From contig NC_134470.1 in assembly GCF_964194025.1 (NCBI RefSeq), positions 17,546,001-17,610,000 on the forward strand: 64,000 bases of DNA, in the 5' to 3' direction. Shown here piece after piece: positions 37,529-50,230 of the stretch. Origin of the DNA: Convolutriloba macropyga (Eukaryota). The notes under the pieces are model-generated. The model made no database searches and was not told the origin of the DNA. It saw only the letters and a list, made by a program, of their open reading frames with translations. The position numbers were made by a program, and so were the translations under genes. The first letter of the stretch is position 1. Every line of letters starts with the position of its first letter.

Positions 37529-40500
37529 TTAGTATAACCTTGAGGCTTCAACGGGCGTAGGCGCTGGTGTTCCCATTATTAACTTTTCCGCTCCCTTCTG
37601 GGCATTGTTCAGTCCCTTCTTGACTTCGTCAAACGCATCCATAAATACATTGCCCAGGCCAACTTCGGAGTTGTTTGGGTCTAAACAAATACAAGCATTA
37701 GTTTCTATTAACAGACCAGAGCAAAAAATTTTAGGGATATAGTGATTGGTTTTCTGATCTTTATGGTCCTTCATTGTTACTGCTTATCTTAAACTTGGAT
37801 AGTTCCATAATCTGTTACATAACTGTTACAAAATCTTTGTTTTGTTTCAAAAATCAGTCCTCTCTGGTCTTCTCCTTTCTATAAAATTAAACAAAATTCG
37901 CTAAGATGAGTGATTTCAAAACATCAAATATGAACGCGTATTACCCGCCTCCTTGTTCGAACTCCCAGTGTTATCACATAGTGTATTTCGGTACTGAAAT
38001 GTTTATAGGCATTTTTAAAAATTCAAGGAATTTGAATTGTATAAGGCTTGAAATAAGGATACTGGATAGTCTCTGGAAACAATGAAATGATTCTGAAGAT
38101 ACTAATATCACAAATTTTATCAGGATTTTGTTCAAATTTTCAATTGTTTATAAATTTTTATGAAACTCTTGTCATTTTCTGAGTTTCACTATTTTTTCGG
38201 GCCGTCAAAATTTTTTAAATTTCTGCACATGGTTTACTTGACAAAAATCCAGCGACAAAAAATAGTTTTGAACGTATTTTGCTAAAATTAGAAATTTTCT
38301 TTCTAGTTCACACTTTCTGGATTTTTTGAAGTTTTTGTCATTTTCCTCGAGTTTATCTACCTTTACTGGCAAACAAATTTCTTTCAAGGATTCTACTTGA
38401 GTTAATGCGAATAATGAATTGTGTCATATTTGGTATTCAGCGTTAAAGCTTCACGAGTTTTAGCAACGATTACTTTTTGTTTGTTTGAATATTTTAGTTT
38501 CTCTAGTACTTTTTGTCTTTTTGGCTGGGATTTTGCAATTGATCTTCTAGACAGGTACATTAGTTCACAGTTTTTCATTCAATTCTTTGGATTGTATATC
38601 AAGGCTGGTCCTGCTATGTTTCTTAATTTTTGTAAACTACTTTACACTTCTTTTATGACTTTGAGCTTCTAAAACGGGATAAACAGGTAAAGCTCAACGG
38701 GCATCACGTTTCATTAAAGGCCCTTAGCCGCGTTTAAAAGTTCTGCAAGTGCTTAGACCGGTTAAGCTACTGAGAAGACCGGAAATCAAGGTTAAAGGGT
38801 CATTTTTATGTGTTTTGAAGCCCAAAACGTTGCAATTTTTTGACTTTTTGCGAATATCTTGTAAAACCAGTCTAAAATTGAGTTTTGTTAAAGATCTTTT
38901 ACAAGACATATTACTTTTTACGACCATTCTAAGGGCTATATGTTTTGGTACTAAAAACATGCACAAGCAAATTTATACTAATTCTAAAAAAAGTTCAAGT
39001 TTTTTTTGAAAAATTTGGTCACTCTGTGAAGTTTTTGAGCCCTAGAAGTCAAGGAACCTCCTCTAGTGTTTGATAATAGGTTACTGCATAGTTTCGAGTG
39101 GTAATTGAATGGTCTTCAAAACCGAGTTACATCACCAGTTTTAGCAATTCTTTTTTTAAGTCTTTCTATTCCCAGGTGCCTAAAAACCTGCAAGAGATTT
39201 TGATAATGGGTATCTGAAAAGTTTTTATTGGCCATGGAAAGTTTTCAACATTTTAATATCACAAATTTTTAGCAATTTTTTTTTTGAAAATTCATGTTTT
39301 GAAAAATTTTTGTTTTCTCAGGCTTCTTCAGCCTCAAGGTAACTTCAATTAACCACATCTAGAGTTTGATATAGGTTACTGCACAATTTCTAGTTGCAAT
39401 GAAAGATTTTTCCATATTTAATGTCACGAATTTTAGCTTTTTAAAAAAAAAAACTTGCATCACTTTGCTTGATTTTTGAAAATTTTTCAACAGCGAGTTT
39501 TTCCAGCACCATGGGTCCGGGAACCTCCTCTATAGTTTGAAAATAGATTACTGCATAGTTGCTAGAGGTGACGAAATGCTTATAAGTATTTTGGTACCAC
39601 AACTTCTAGCAATTTTTTACCTCTAGCAAAATTTAATTTTTTTTAATTTTCTGAAAATTATTATTATGTTCCGATATTATCGAGCTTTATGAGCCAATGA
39701 AACCAATTAAGACGTCTTTTAGGGATACTATAGAGTCTCTAGCAACAATGAATTGATTCTGAAAATACCAATCTCACTAATTTTAGCAAGATTTTGTAAA
39801 AATTTAGAAACTATGCAAAGCAAGTTTTTAAATTTTTTTTAATAAAATTTTTTTGTCATTTTCTGAGTTGAACAACCTTTACTGGCAACAAATATTTCTT
39901 AAGTCTTGCAAATGGGTTAAGTGACATAGCGCAAGAGACAAAAAAATGGTTTAAACATCATTTATTGTGAAATTTAGAAATTTTCTTTAAATTTGGAACT
40001 TTTCAGTTTTTTTGAACCATTTGTCATAATTCTCCATTTTATCTACTTTAGTTGAAAAATTATCTTTTTCAAGATTTTTGCGTGAGTTAACGTTATAAGT
40101 GTTTTAGCAAAGATTATTTTTTTGTTTAGTTTGTTTGATGATTTTAGTTTCTCAACTTTTGAGATTGTTTTTTTGGCTGGGCTTGTTCAATTGATCTGTT
40201 CGCGCGTTTTTATGATTTTTGCAGTCAATTCGAAATCGTCATTGTGGTCAAGCCGAAACAAGAAGTCGAGCAAGAAGCGAGTGGTTTTGTAGCTTAAAAT
40301 TTTGCACTCTAGATTTATACTAGAGTGAGAAAACAATGTTTGAACCAAAAATTCGTCTTCTCGCTAGTGGTTTTTATTCACACGAGGCAATTTCACTTTG
40401 ATTCTTACTGTTTTTTCAATTTTTTGGATCGGATTCTTTTTGTAATTGGTTTTCCCAATCCATTCATAATTCATTTGTTTTTTGTTAGAACCAAATTTCC

Positions 40501-43500
40501 CTTACTTGCGGCATTTTGACATTGATTTTTATGTTTTTTATCTGATTTTTTCTGGAAATGGTTTTCCCAATTCAGTCATAGTCCGTTCTAAGTCTAGTAT
40601 TTCGATTACTCAAAGAAAATTCTTGGAATTGTACGTCAGGTTGGTTCCGGTTATGTTCTTTTCCTTTTCATTCTTTGATCAGAACAAAATAGAGACTGGC
40701 CTGTTCAAGTCTATTTTTCAGAATTAAAGTTTATTCCAATTTTAAACTGATTTTACTCTGTTAATTGCAAAAGAACATTATTTTATGCGTGAATGACATT
40801 ATCATTCTGTTTTTTTTTACTTTTCAACTTCAACCTTCCTCGGCATCACTTGTTAGCCCAGGTTGAGGCGCCAGACGGATGTGACCTCTGATCAGACCCA
40901 AGTCCAACGCACGGTGTGTTTCCGGACCAAAATAACAGGTTCTGGGATTTATTCGAGCGCACAATAGTATGATCAAAGGTCACTTCAATACTTTTAGAAA
41001 TGGCTTTTCCTTAGATGAATTTATTACTGGAAAAATAAATTTTTATATGAATATATTATACCAAAGTATGAATATATTATTATACCAAAGTATGAATATA
41101 TTATTATATATGAATATATTATACCAAAGTATGAATATATTATACCAATATATTATACCAAATTCATCTAAGGAAAAGCCATGTTCTTTTGCAATTAATT
41201 CGTTCATAGTGAATTGAGTCTGATCAATGGCGATTTCGAGCGCGTAATAGTCTGACCAGAAGTAATTTGGAGCGCACAATCGTCTGGACAATGGTCCGAT
41301 TTCGGTCTGATCAGAGGTCATTTCCGTCTGGCAAGGTCTGATCAAAGACAACTCCGAGCGCACTCGGTGTTTTCAGCTCACTTCAGTCTGATCAATGGAC
41401 TTTTTGGTCTGGGAGGGTCTGATCAGAGGTTACTTTCGTCTGGCACGGTCTGAGCAGAGGTATTTTCCGGATGGGACCTAAACTGGAATGCCCGCTTTAC
41501 GAGCATTTATTAAGCAAACGTAGATGATTCGGCATTGAATACCTTTAGCATGCTTGATGGCAGCCTTCTCGTGATTAACTAGGTTGTTCACGCCCTGCTT
41601 GAGTTCGTGGCCTATCCAGGATGCCTCATCATAAGCATCCACTAATATATCACCCATAGTGACCTTGCTACCATTCACACCTTAAACAATACTTAACCAA
41701 TCAGAACATAACTGGACGAAGTTATCAATGAAATGACATTAGCAATCAGATCATGGTTCGCATCAAATAGATGTTCGCATCTAAAACTGATGACTGATCC
41801 TTTATACTTTTATAAGTTTCGTTTTTTGTCATTAATTTTCATTAGGTTTTTAAATTCAGAGTATCAGCAGACAAAATCTTTTGCTAAGAAATTCTTAATA
41901 GACAGAATTTTGTCTACCGGACATATTTCCATGAATAGATATCAGGTTATTCTGCAAAAAGCCAATATCAGGTTTTTCTGCAAAAAATGTTGATAACAAC
42001 CTGGCAATCAAAAAGTAGATTGGAGACCATTTATGCACTAGAACACCCCTTGTTCCTAAAAACGCGTCCTGTCAAATAAATTATTCTCGTTTATTATTAA
42101 GTGGCATACAAACAATTAATTTGAGAACTACCCGTTTGTTTCAAAAACAAAATGTGTGAGACAATCAACGATTCTAAGCAGGACGCAAAAACTCTCAACG
42201 CAAAGAACTCGGATTTTTACACCTCAAAATTTTTTCAGCAGCCTTAACAAAGATTAAGGAGAATTCTGCACACTAATCCGAAGAATTCCTCTGAAATATT
42301 TTTTAAAAACAAAATATAATTGGCAGAAAACAGCAGCAGTTGTTTTGTCAAATTCTAGTACCAGAATACTCCGGACTTTTGCTCAGGTCACGTGAATCAA
42401 TAATCAAATGGGAAAACGGTAAGAAAAAAGTTAAAACCTCACGAAGCATTCAGACCATGAGCATAGTTTCTAAGCAAAACGCTTTTTAGTCGATAATTGA
42501 ACAAGGCGGCCCGGTAATGTGCGTTCGCACATTAAGTTCCGACCCCGCTCATCTACATTTTTCACTTAATTGTCTACCAAATGAGGAAGAGATAAAAAAA
42601 TTAACATATCAACATATCGTTCAACAAACTACTAACAGAACAAAACAATCTACTCTAGAGGACCTATGAGCCCTGTAGCTACAATAATATGACTACCAGA
42701 AAATACGGCAATAAAATTCAAACAGTTACAAATACTAATTACGAACAAAACTTCTTGTCCATTTTTTGAAAACCACTAATAACCAAATCAAAATGGTATC
42801 AGATAAAATTGATACTAAGAAGATTAACCGGTACATTTTTGGAACAAAATATGGGACTTTTTTTCAATGCGATTTGGCAAAAAGTCGACTAGAAATGAGA
42901 AAAAGGGGCAAAGTTTTTTAAAACATTGCTTTGCTTTAAAAAAAGAATTAAACTCGAACTGATCAGAAAAATTACGCATCAAATGAAATCATTTAGAGAG
43001 TCTATTAAACCTCAATAGAGAGCGACTAAGGCTTTTCATCATCCAGTATATGTCATACGACTACAAAAAGAACGACAAATACAGGCAAAAACGAAAAATT
43101 TGCACGAAAATTTATGCACGAAAACGATGTCCCACCCCAATCAATTAAATATTAAGCTGATCACTAAAAACAATAAAAATCTTCGTTTGCATTTTTGCAG
43201 GTGACAACAATTGTAAATCAAATGAAGCCCATTATTGTGATACTGTGAAAAGAAAACAAAAACCTATAAAAACGGGGCAAATATACGAAAATCACGAAAA
43301 TTGGTTTTATGAAAACTGGTTGTTCCAAGAAGAAAGACCACTTGAGGAAAGTATAACCCTTATGAAGAGCACACTGTATTTCAATAGATAAATGATGTGA
43401 ATTGTATATAGAGATGCTTAGCTACAATTTAACAGAAATAAAATTGGCAGATCTCAAAAATCTATCAATTTTTTGTTAAAAACAAATTTTTCCAAAATTC

Positions 43501-46113
43501 ATAGCCAACAAAAGCTTTCGACTAAGAGAGTAGACACTTTGTCTTGCAACTACTTGGAAAACTAATCGCGACTGTTATTAATGAGACTAAATAATAGGAC
43601 TATAAAAAACATTAAATACAAGCTGAACTAATAAGTTTTACAAACAACTTTGCGAAACCACAGTTTTGAAGCCATTAAACTTATAAGATATAAACCGCGA
43701 GAATATAAAATCTTCATTTGCGTCTCCTTTGATCATCATAACGTCTTTTTGGAAAACGACTATCATAAAATGACAACAAAAAGAGCCACAAAAACTGAAA
43801 AGTAACTAAACTTCACAAAATTCTGCTGAAACAACTTGTCTAAGCCCTGAAGACATCATTTAAAACGTTTAAACAATAGAAAAATTATTCTTTGATTCAA
43901 CAAAACATTAAAAAGAACTCTAAACAATGAGGCTAATTTACGAAAATATTAAAATATAGTAAAATACGAAGAAAAAACGCAAACCAGAACAAAAAGTGAT
44001 AAGTTGAAGAATACTATTAATCTTTTTTTTAAGAAATTTAATTCGAAAGTCAAATTAACCATTAAGTATCTACCGATGTCAAACATTAAATTGATTTGTT
44101 TATCGATAGTTGGCCATTGGGATCTTTAATTACACAATATTTGGCATATGACAAGAAAAATTAACAACAAATAAAGGGCAAAAATAAAAAACTCTACCCA
44201 TTTCTGCAAGAGAACGGTGTCGCAGCCCTTCAAACCATATGTTATGAAAACAAAATATATGTTCAGTTTCAAATTTTGTAAAGCTTTTTTAACTCGATTG
44301 TTAAAAAATTTGACAATTTACAAAAGAAACAAAAACAACAGCAAAAATGGGCAATTATGCATAAAAACCAGAAAATTTTGATTGAAAACTCGTAGTAACA
44401 AAAGCAAGAAAACCTTCTGTTAAAGCAATCGGCCACAAAATTGGTTTTTATTCTATAAGGAGGAAAGGATGGCCTGTTTTTCCTGAGAATAAGCAAAATG
44501 TTGACTAAAATAATACAAAAAATTGACAAGTTCAAAAAATCACAGAAATTTTCTTGAAACAAATACCTTCAATAACATAAGAGACATTAGGTAACAACCG
44601 AATGAATAGAAAAGGTTCACCTGCATCTCTTGAGGAAGAAATTTGGATCATTGAATGGTTAAACTTAAAAATCACACCGCCAAAAGGATAACAATTGAAG
44701 GCAAAGGAAAAGAACTCAGTTAAATTTTACTAAGACTCTTCCTCAAAGCCATAAAAACCCTTTGGTTCTCTGAAAACACACTGTATCTACATTCAACCTC
44801 AAATATACATAAATTGTAGCTGTCATTAACGGAGCCGTGAACATAAAATATTGTCAGTAATTAACATTAAAAAAACAAAAGCAAAATATTTTGAAAAAAG
44901 GCAGCATTAAAATAAAAACCCAAAAGTCTCTGATTCTAAGATTCCATGATATTATCGAAACTCTCCCTATTTTCGTCGCGCGCCCAGCAAATCGACCAAG
45001 TGTTCCAAGTGTTTGTGAATTAGACCAATTGTTGAGTGGAGTTCTTCAAATATTAAAAAAAAACAACGATGCATTTTGTATAATTATCGAGTTAAATCTG
45101 CAAAAAACGGCAAAGTTTTAATTCCAGAAGACTGTCATACGTAATATAATTGCAACTAGCGCTCTTTTTGAGATTATGGAGTCTGTGTTAAGGTTTCTAG
45201 GTCACTAAGTCTGGCAAATTTTAACAAAGTGGACCAAAAATCGTATTTTGTGCCATTTTGATGAAAAAAGTTTGAATTCTGAAAATAATAATCAAAAATT
45301 TTAGCCAAAAAAAACCTCAATCGAACTATTCAGCAACGCTCTTCTATCTCTAACGGTAACAACAACAATCTGCCGCTACAAATTTTAACTTATTCTGAAT
45401 TATATTAGCGAAAATGTACCAAATTTAAGCAAAAAATACTGAAAATGTGAACAAAAACAGTCGAATGTTCACAAAATTTTAAACCTCGATAACTGCCTGT
45501 AAGAAAAGAAAACCGAAACAATCTTTTTAATTCCGCATTCTACGCTGGACGGGCTTTTTAATGATACCACTCACAATTCTCTACGATGAATATATCAATC
45601 GGCCAAAATTGACTGAACAAAAGAAACCCAGTTGAGCATATAGTTCCTCCCTCCCCACTAAAGTGGGGGTCGGAACAATAATAATTGACCTATTTCTAAT
45701 AAAGATGAAACAATCAAACAAAACTTCTAATACTGGTTACGGAATTTAGTGAAGCAGAAGTCTTTTTAGAAACTGCTACATATTAAACTAGGTTATCTTA
45801 AAGATATTCAATGAAGATTGTAAATTTTATTTAACTAAAGCAACTAGCTGCATAATACTGTTTTGATACCTTTCAGTTACAAATCATAAAATTTTTGCTC
45901 ATATCCTTTGTGTCTTCTGTGTGTCTTCAATGTAGTGAAATACATGCACCTAAAAATACTCATAATAAAATGAAACCTTGCAAAATTTGCTGGGACAGTA
46001 AATTAGAGTACGGATCGTCCTCAGATCCAAAATTGGTTTGAATAAAGTAAGAGTAGGGATAATCGGGTTATAAAGGAAATTCTGTTTCTCTGTGCTGAAA
46101 CTCTCTCCTTTTG

Positions 46114-46154
<41 letters not shown>

Positions 46155-46162
46155 ATCTCTCT

Positions 46163-46194
<32 letters not shown>

Positions 46195-47526
46195 CTCTCT
46201 CATTTTTTAATGTATTTTTACAAGTCTATTTTTTGTAGGGGAGACCAAGTTCGGAATTTAAGCGATTCATTTAAATAACGATCATTATTGACACATGTCA
46301 GACTAAATTTCAAATTCACTAACATTAATTGAGCGCTTGGAAATCCTGAATGTTCCCTAGGGTCAAGTAGATCAATTAACAACTGGAAGAACAGCGAAAA
46401 TCTAGTAAGAATACTTCAAAGTGAAACTAGTTAATAACAGAAACCAGAATATCAAATAAAAACTAAAAACCTTTTTTAAAGGATCAACTCAACTTCAACT
46501 AAAACCATTCTGTGAACATAGCCGATAGACTGCCGGATCAATGCCTCAATATAAAAAATTGAGACACTTAGATGAAGTAAAACACCCAAAGCAACGATAA
46601 AAATATACAAATTAAAATTAATTCAAATTACACGTTAATTTCCGAGCAGATTTCCAAATATTAATATTTCTCTATCATAATTCTCAACTTAAATTTTCTA
46701 AGGGCTGGCAAAGTCATTGAATTCAGTAATGTAAGTTATATAAGATTTAAAGATAAAAAACTATCATACCATTGACGTATAAAATTGTACAATGAGAAAC
46801 AAAAAATGGCCTTAATTTCAAACAACCGAAGAAAAACCAACTTTTCCTACTTGGTGTTAGGTAAAATCGTCATAACAAAATTGAGGAAGTCGACAAAATG
46901 AAAATACAACTTGTAAAAAAATGAAATGACTTGAATGGAATGGCCGTTAGATATAAGCTCCAGCAGAATTAACTTTACCTAAGAACTGCAAATTAGAGTT
47001 AATGCTGAATGATATTTTTTATTTTTTATCATCAAAGGTGCAGACAATTTTGTCTCATCTTTTCCGTATTGATGCCAATAATCACGAAAAATTTTGCTGG
47101 GGTTGAGTAGGTGGGGTAAAATCGGGGGGGGGCAAGAACCAGCACAGTTTTGCTAGATAGTTGGAAAGGGGGTATGTGGAGGGCAGAGGACAGTTTTTTT
47201 AGAAACTGCTACAGATTATATTAGTTTATCTTAAAGATGTTCATCGAATGAGATTGCAAATTTAGGTTTAACTAAAGCAACTAACTGTATAATACTGTTT
47301 TAATACATATCATTTACAAATCAAAATTTTTTGCTAAATGGATATCTGTTGGTCTTCAGTGTGGTCTTCAGTGTAAATAAAACTTTGAAATATTTGCTTG
47401 GACAGTAAATTAGAGTACGGATTGTCCTCAGATCCGAATTGGTTTGAATAAGGTAAGAGTAGGGACAATCGGGTTAAGGAAATTCTGTTTTTCTGTGCTT
47501 AAACTCTCTCCTTTTCTTCCTCTCCA

Positions 47527-47587
<61 letters not shown>

Positions 47588-49929
47588 GCGGATTTTTAAT
47601 CATTTTTAATGTATTTTCACCAGCCTATTTTTTGTACAGGTGACCAAGTTCGGAATTTAGTGATCCATTTAAATACTGATCTTTTTTGACACCTGTCAGA
47701 GCAAATTTCAAATTCAAAAACATCAATTCAACGCTTGGATATCCTGATTGTTTACTTCGGTCAATTCGCTCAACCTAACTAAAACCATTTTGTGAACGTA
47801 GCCGATAGACTGCCTGAACATTGCCCCAATATATACCATTGAAACACTTAGATGAAGTAAACCACCGATAGCAAAGATAAAAATATACAAATGAAATTTA
47901 ATTCAGTTGATACGTTAATTTCCCAGCCGATTTCCAAATGTTAATTTCTTTCTATCAATATAACCTTGTAGTTATACAAATTTGACGAGCGCTATTAAAT
48001 TTCATTGAGAGTTTGAATTCTCAGCAAAGTCATTCAATTCAGTACTGTAGGGTACAAAAGATTAAAAGATACAAAACTATAAAACGATTGACGTATAAAA
48101 TTGTACAATGAGAGTAAAAATGGCGTCACTTTCAAGCAACCGAAGGGAATTGAATTTTTCCTACTTAGTGCTTGGTAAAATCGTCATAACGAAAATGAAG
48201 AAGTCGAAGAAAAAGAAAAAAGAACATGTAAAAAAATTGAAAACGGCTCCAAAGGCCGTCAGATATCAGCTCTAGCAGAATTAACTTTACCCCAAAACCG
48301 GAATATCAGAGTTCATGCTGAATGGTATTTCTTTATTTTCTATCAACAAAGTTGCAGACAAACTTATCTCATTTTTTCAATATTGATGCCAATAATCACG
48401 GAAAGCTTTGCTAGGAATGGGTAGGTGGGGGTAATATCGGGGGGGGGGGCAAGAGCTAGCGCAGTTTTGGTAGATAGGTGGGAAGGGGGTAGATGTGGGG
48501 TATGTGTTGGGGAGGGGGTAGTTGGTGGTGGTAGGGGAGGTGGGTGCTGGGGATTGCTGTGGAAGTAGGTGTGGGTAGGATGTTAGTTGGGTGTATGATG
48601 TCCATGGGGTGGGAGGACAGAGGGGGAATAGGTGCGGGGGTAGGTATGGATATAGTAGCTGGAATTGTTCTATAATAAAAAAAACATTCAAGTTAACAAT
48701 TTCTCTTTGGATATTACTATGAGTTTGCTATAGACAATTCATTAGAAGCTTACTAATTACTCTAAATGCCAATGCCCAACGAAAATAAAGAATTCAATGT
48801 TCAAATAACAAAAAAAATACTTGCATCAGCTTAAAAAACATTTTAAAATAATAGAATATAAACAAGATTACAAATACTCCGTCAAAAAAAAACACGATGA
48901 GACGAAAAATAGTCTCGCTATTGCTTTGCAGCTATTACAAAAAGTAAATGACAATACAAAACTGATGGTATCAAAATTTTCTTCTTTTTGTCACTAAATT
49001 AGGTATTGAAGGAATGATCATATAATTCGTTTGAATAAGGTTCGAGTAGAGTTACTCGGATTACTACACAATTTGGTTTTTACTGTACTAATGCATAAGA
49101 GAAGAGAAATTCAAAACAATTTTCCCTCCCACTTGTTTTCTGCCATGCCATTTCAATTCTAGCAAAAGTTACGATATTAGGAGAAGTCGACTCTTTTTTT
49201 ATTATATTTATTAAATTGGTCGTGGAAATCCAGTAATATAGTAATCACGCAGCAACTACAAGCCAATTCTGTTTTAGAAGGCCGCTTCGTCGTGGAGAAA
49301 AATTTGTAATGTAAATATGTAGATGTTGGTGCCAGATTTGGAAATTATTTGTACAGATCAGAATATATTCAAGAAACTGGATAAAAATTGCTTTAACTTT
49401 TTTTTCAAAATTTGGAGCTTATGCAAATAGTCTGCTGTATTGAACGCATAAAATTAATTGCTTATACTATGAAAATCTATTCGTAAATCCTAGTGCTCAT
49501 TTAAAACTTGGTTTTTTATAAAATGAGTGAATGAAACAGGACGCTAATACGTGCTATTTAAACCAAGTTTGTCCCCAACTACTCATTTTGTTATGTTTGA
49601 GCTAATGATCTATGCAGATGTCAAGTTGTAAATTAAAGGTGATCACTACGATTGTAAAAGTGCGGTAGTTTGGGGTAACAAGTAGGGGCTGAATTTTGTG
49701 CCTATCGCCACTGTTGTCAACCATCAATTCTCTCTGCTTTCCTAATAGCCAAAATGCTGAAAAGTGAGCTCTTTTGCAAAAAAAATGCGGTGAAATGTGC
49801 TGAAAATTCATTTTGAGCACAGTTAGTACCTGCGACTAAGCTCAGTACAATGAGCACATTTCTTACACAACTTCCACGGCTAGCTGACTTCGTAGAAAAT
49901 TGTCCTTGTGCACCCGCTGACACATCAAC
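37529..49929 (-). CDS. Probable host gene, exons 49929-49830, 41680-41543, 37680-37529; unknown product with a hydrophobic segment and two related amphipathic repeats
   Basis: All three exons have AG/GT boundaries in compatible phases (0-1, 1-1, 1-stop). Product: ...RNVLIVLSLVAG|VNGSKVTMGDILVDAYDEASWIGHELKQGVNN...|DPNNSEVGLGNVFMDAFDEVKKGLNN... Further exons may be missed. Confidence 0.55.
38000..39900 (-). repeat. Degenerate array related to 33640-34990, inverted orientation
   Basis: GGAACCTCCTCTAG..TTTGATAATAGGTTACTGCATAGTTT is the reverse complement of the 33.6-35 kb unit. Confidence 0.6.
40857..41487. mobile_element. Non-autonomous CCC-terminal TIR element with GGTCTGATCAGAGG subterminal repeats
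   Basis: CCCAGGTTGAGGCGCC...GGGACCTAAACTGG imperfect TIR, and repeated (CCT)CTGATCAGACC in both orientations. Confidence 0.55.
41000..41182. mobile_element. Nested MITE with 22-bp perfect TIRs and internal ATGAATATATTATACCAAAGT tandem repeats
   Basis: ATGGCTTTTCCTTAGATGAATT (41000-41021) and AATTCATCTAAGGAAAAGCCAT (41161-41182). Confidence 0.75.
42500..45680 (-). mobile_element. Helentron-associated (HINE/DINE-1-like) non-autonomous element
   Basis: Minus-strand 5' TTGTTCCGACCCCCACTTTAGTGGGGAGGGAGGAACTATA (subTIR plus inverted repeat). Minus-strand 3' GGGGTCGGAAC, hairpin TAATGTGC-GAAC-GCACATTA, then CTTGTT. Confidence 0.7.
45763..48500 (+). repeat. Old tandem duplication of a ~1.4-kb unit (45763-47190 / 47195-48500), each copy with a (CT)n microsatellite and a G-rich end
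   Basis: Both copies start TTTTTAGAAACTGCTACA and are colinear through (CT)n at 46115-46200 / 47520-47585 and ATTGATGCCAATAATCACG. Confidence 0.85.
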
Positions 49930-50230
49930 CTGAGATGAAAATGATTCAGCATACAAAACCGATATTAGCTAGGAGTTTATTGTTTATTGACAACTTTTCA
50001 TTCTTAACCCGGGCCGAGGCGTACACCCGTATTCCACCGTTATTAAGCGAGAATAAGGATGTAAAGCCAATTCCACTCTTAATTAGCAGGGATAAGAGTG
50101 TAAGAGTGTAATTTTGAGAAAATTACACTTTAATGTACACTCTTTACACTCTTTAATACACCCTTATTACACTTTTAAAAATACACTATAATTACACTCT
50201 TTATTCCACTCTTTATTACACTCTTGAGCG

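Noticed and set aside
40969-41363. ORFs with MNILYQS / YNIFILW repeats
   Set aside because: Translation of the MITE-internal minisatellite.
48377-48691. Proline-rich 104-aa ORF
   Set aside because: Antisense reading of a G-rich low-complexity tract.
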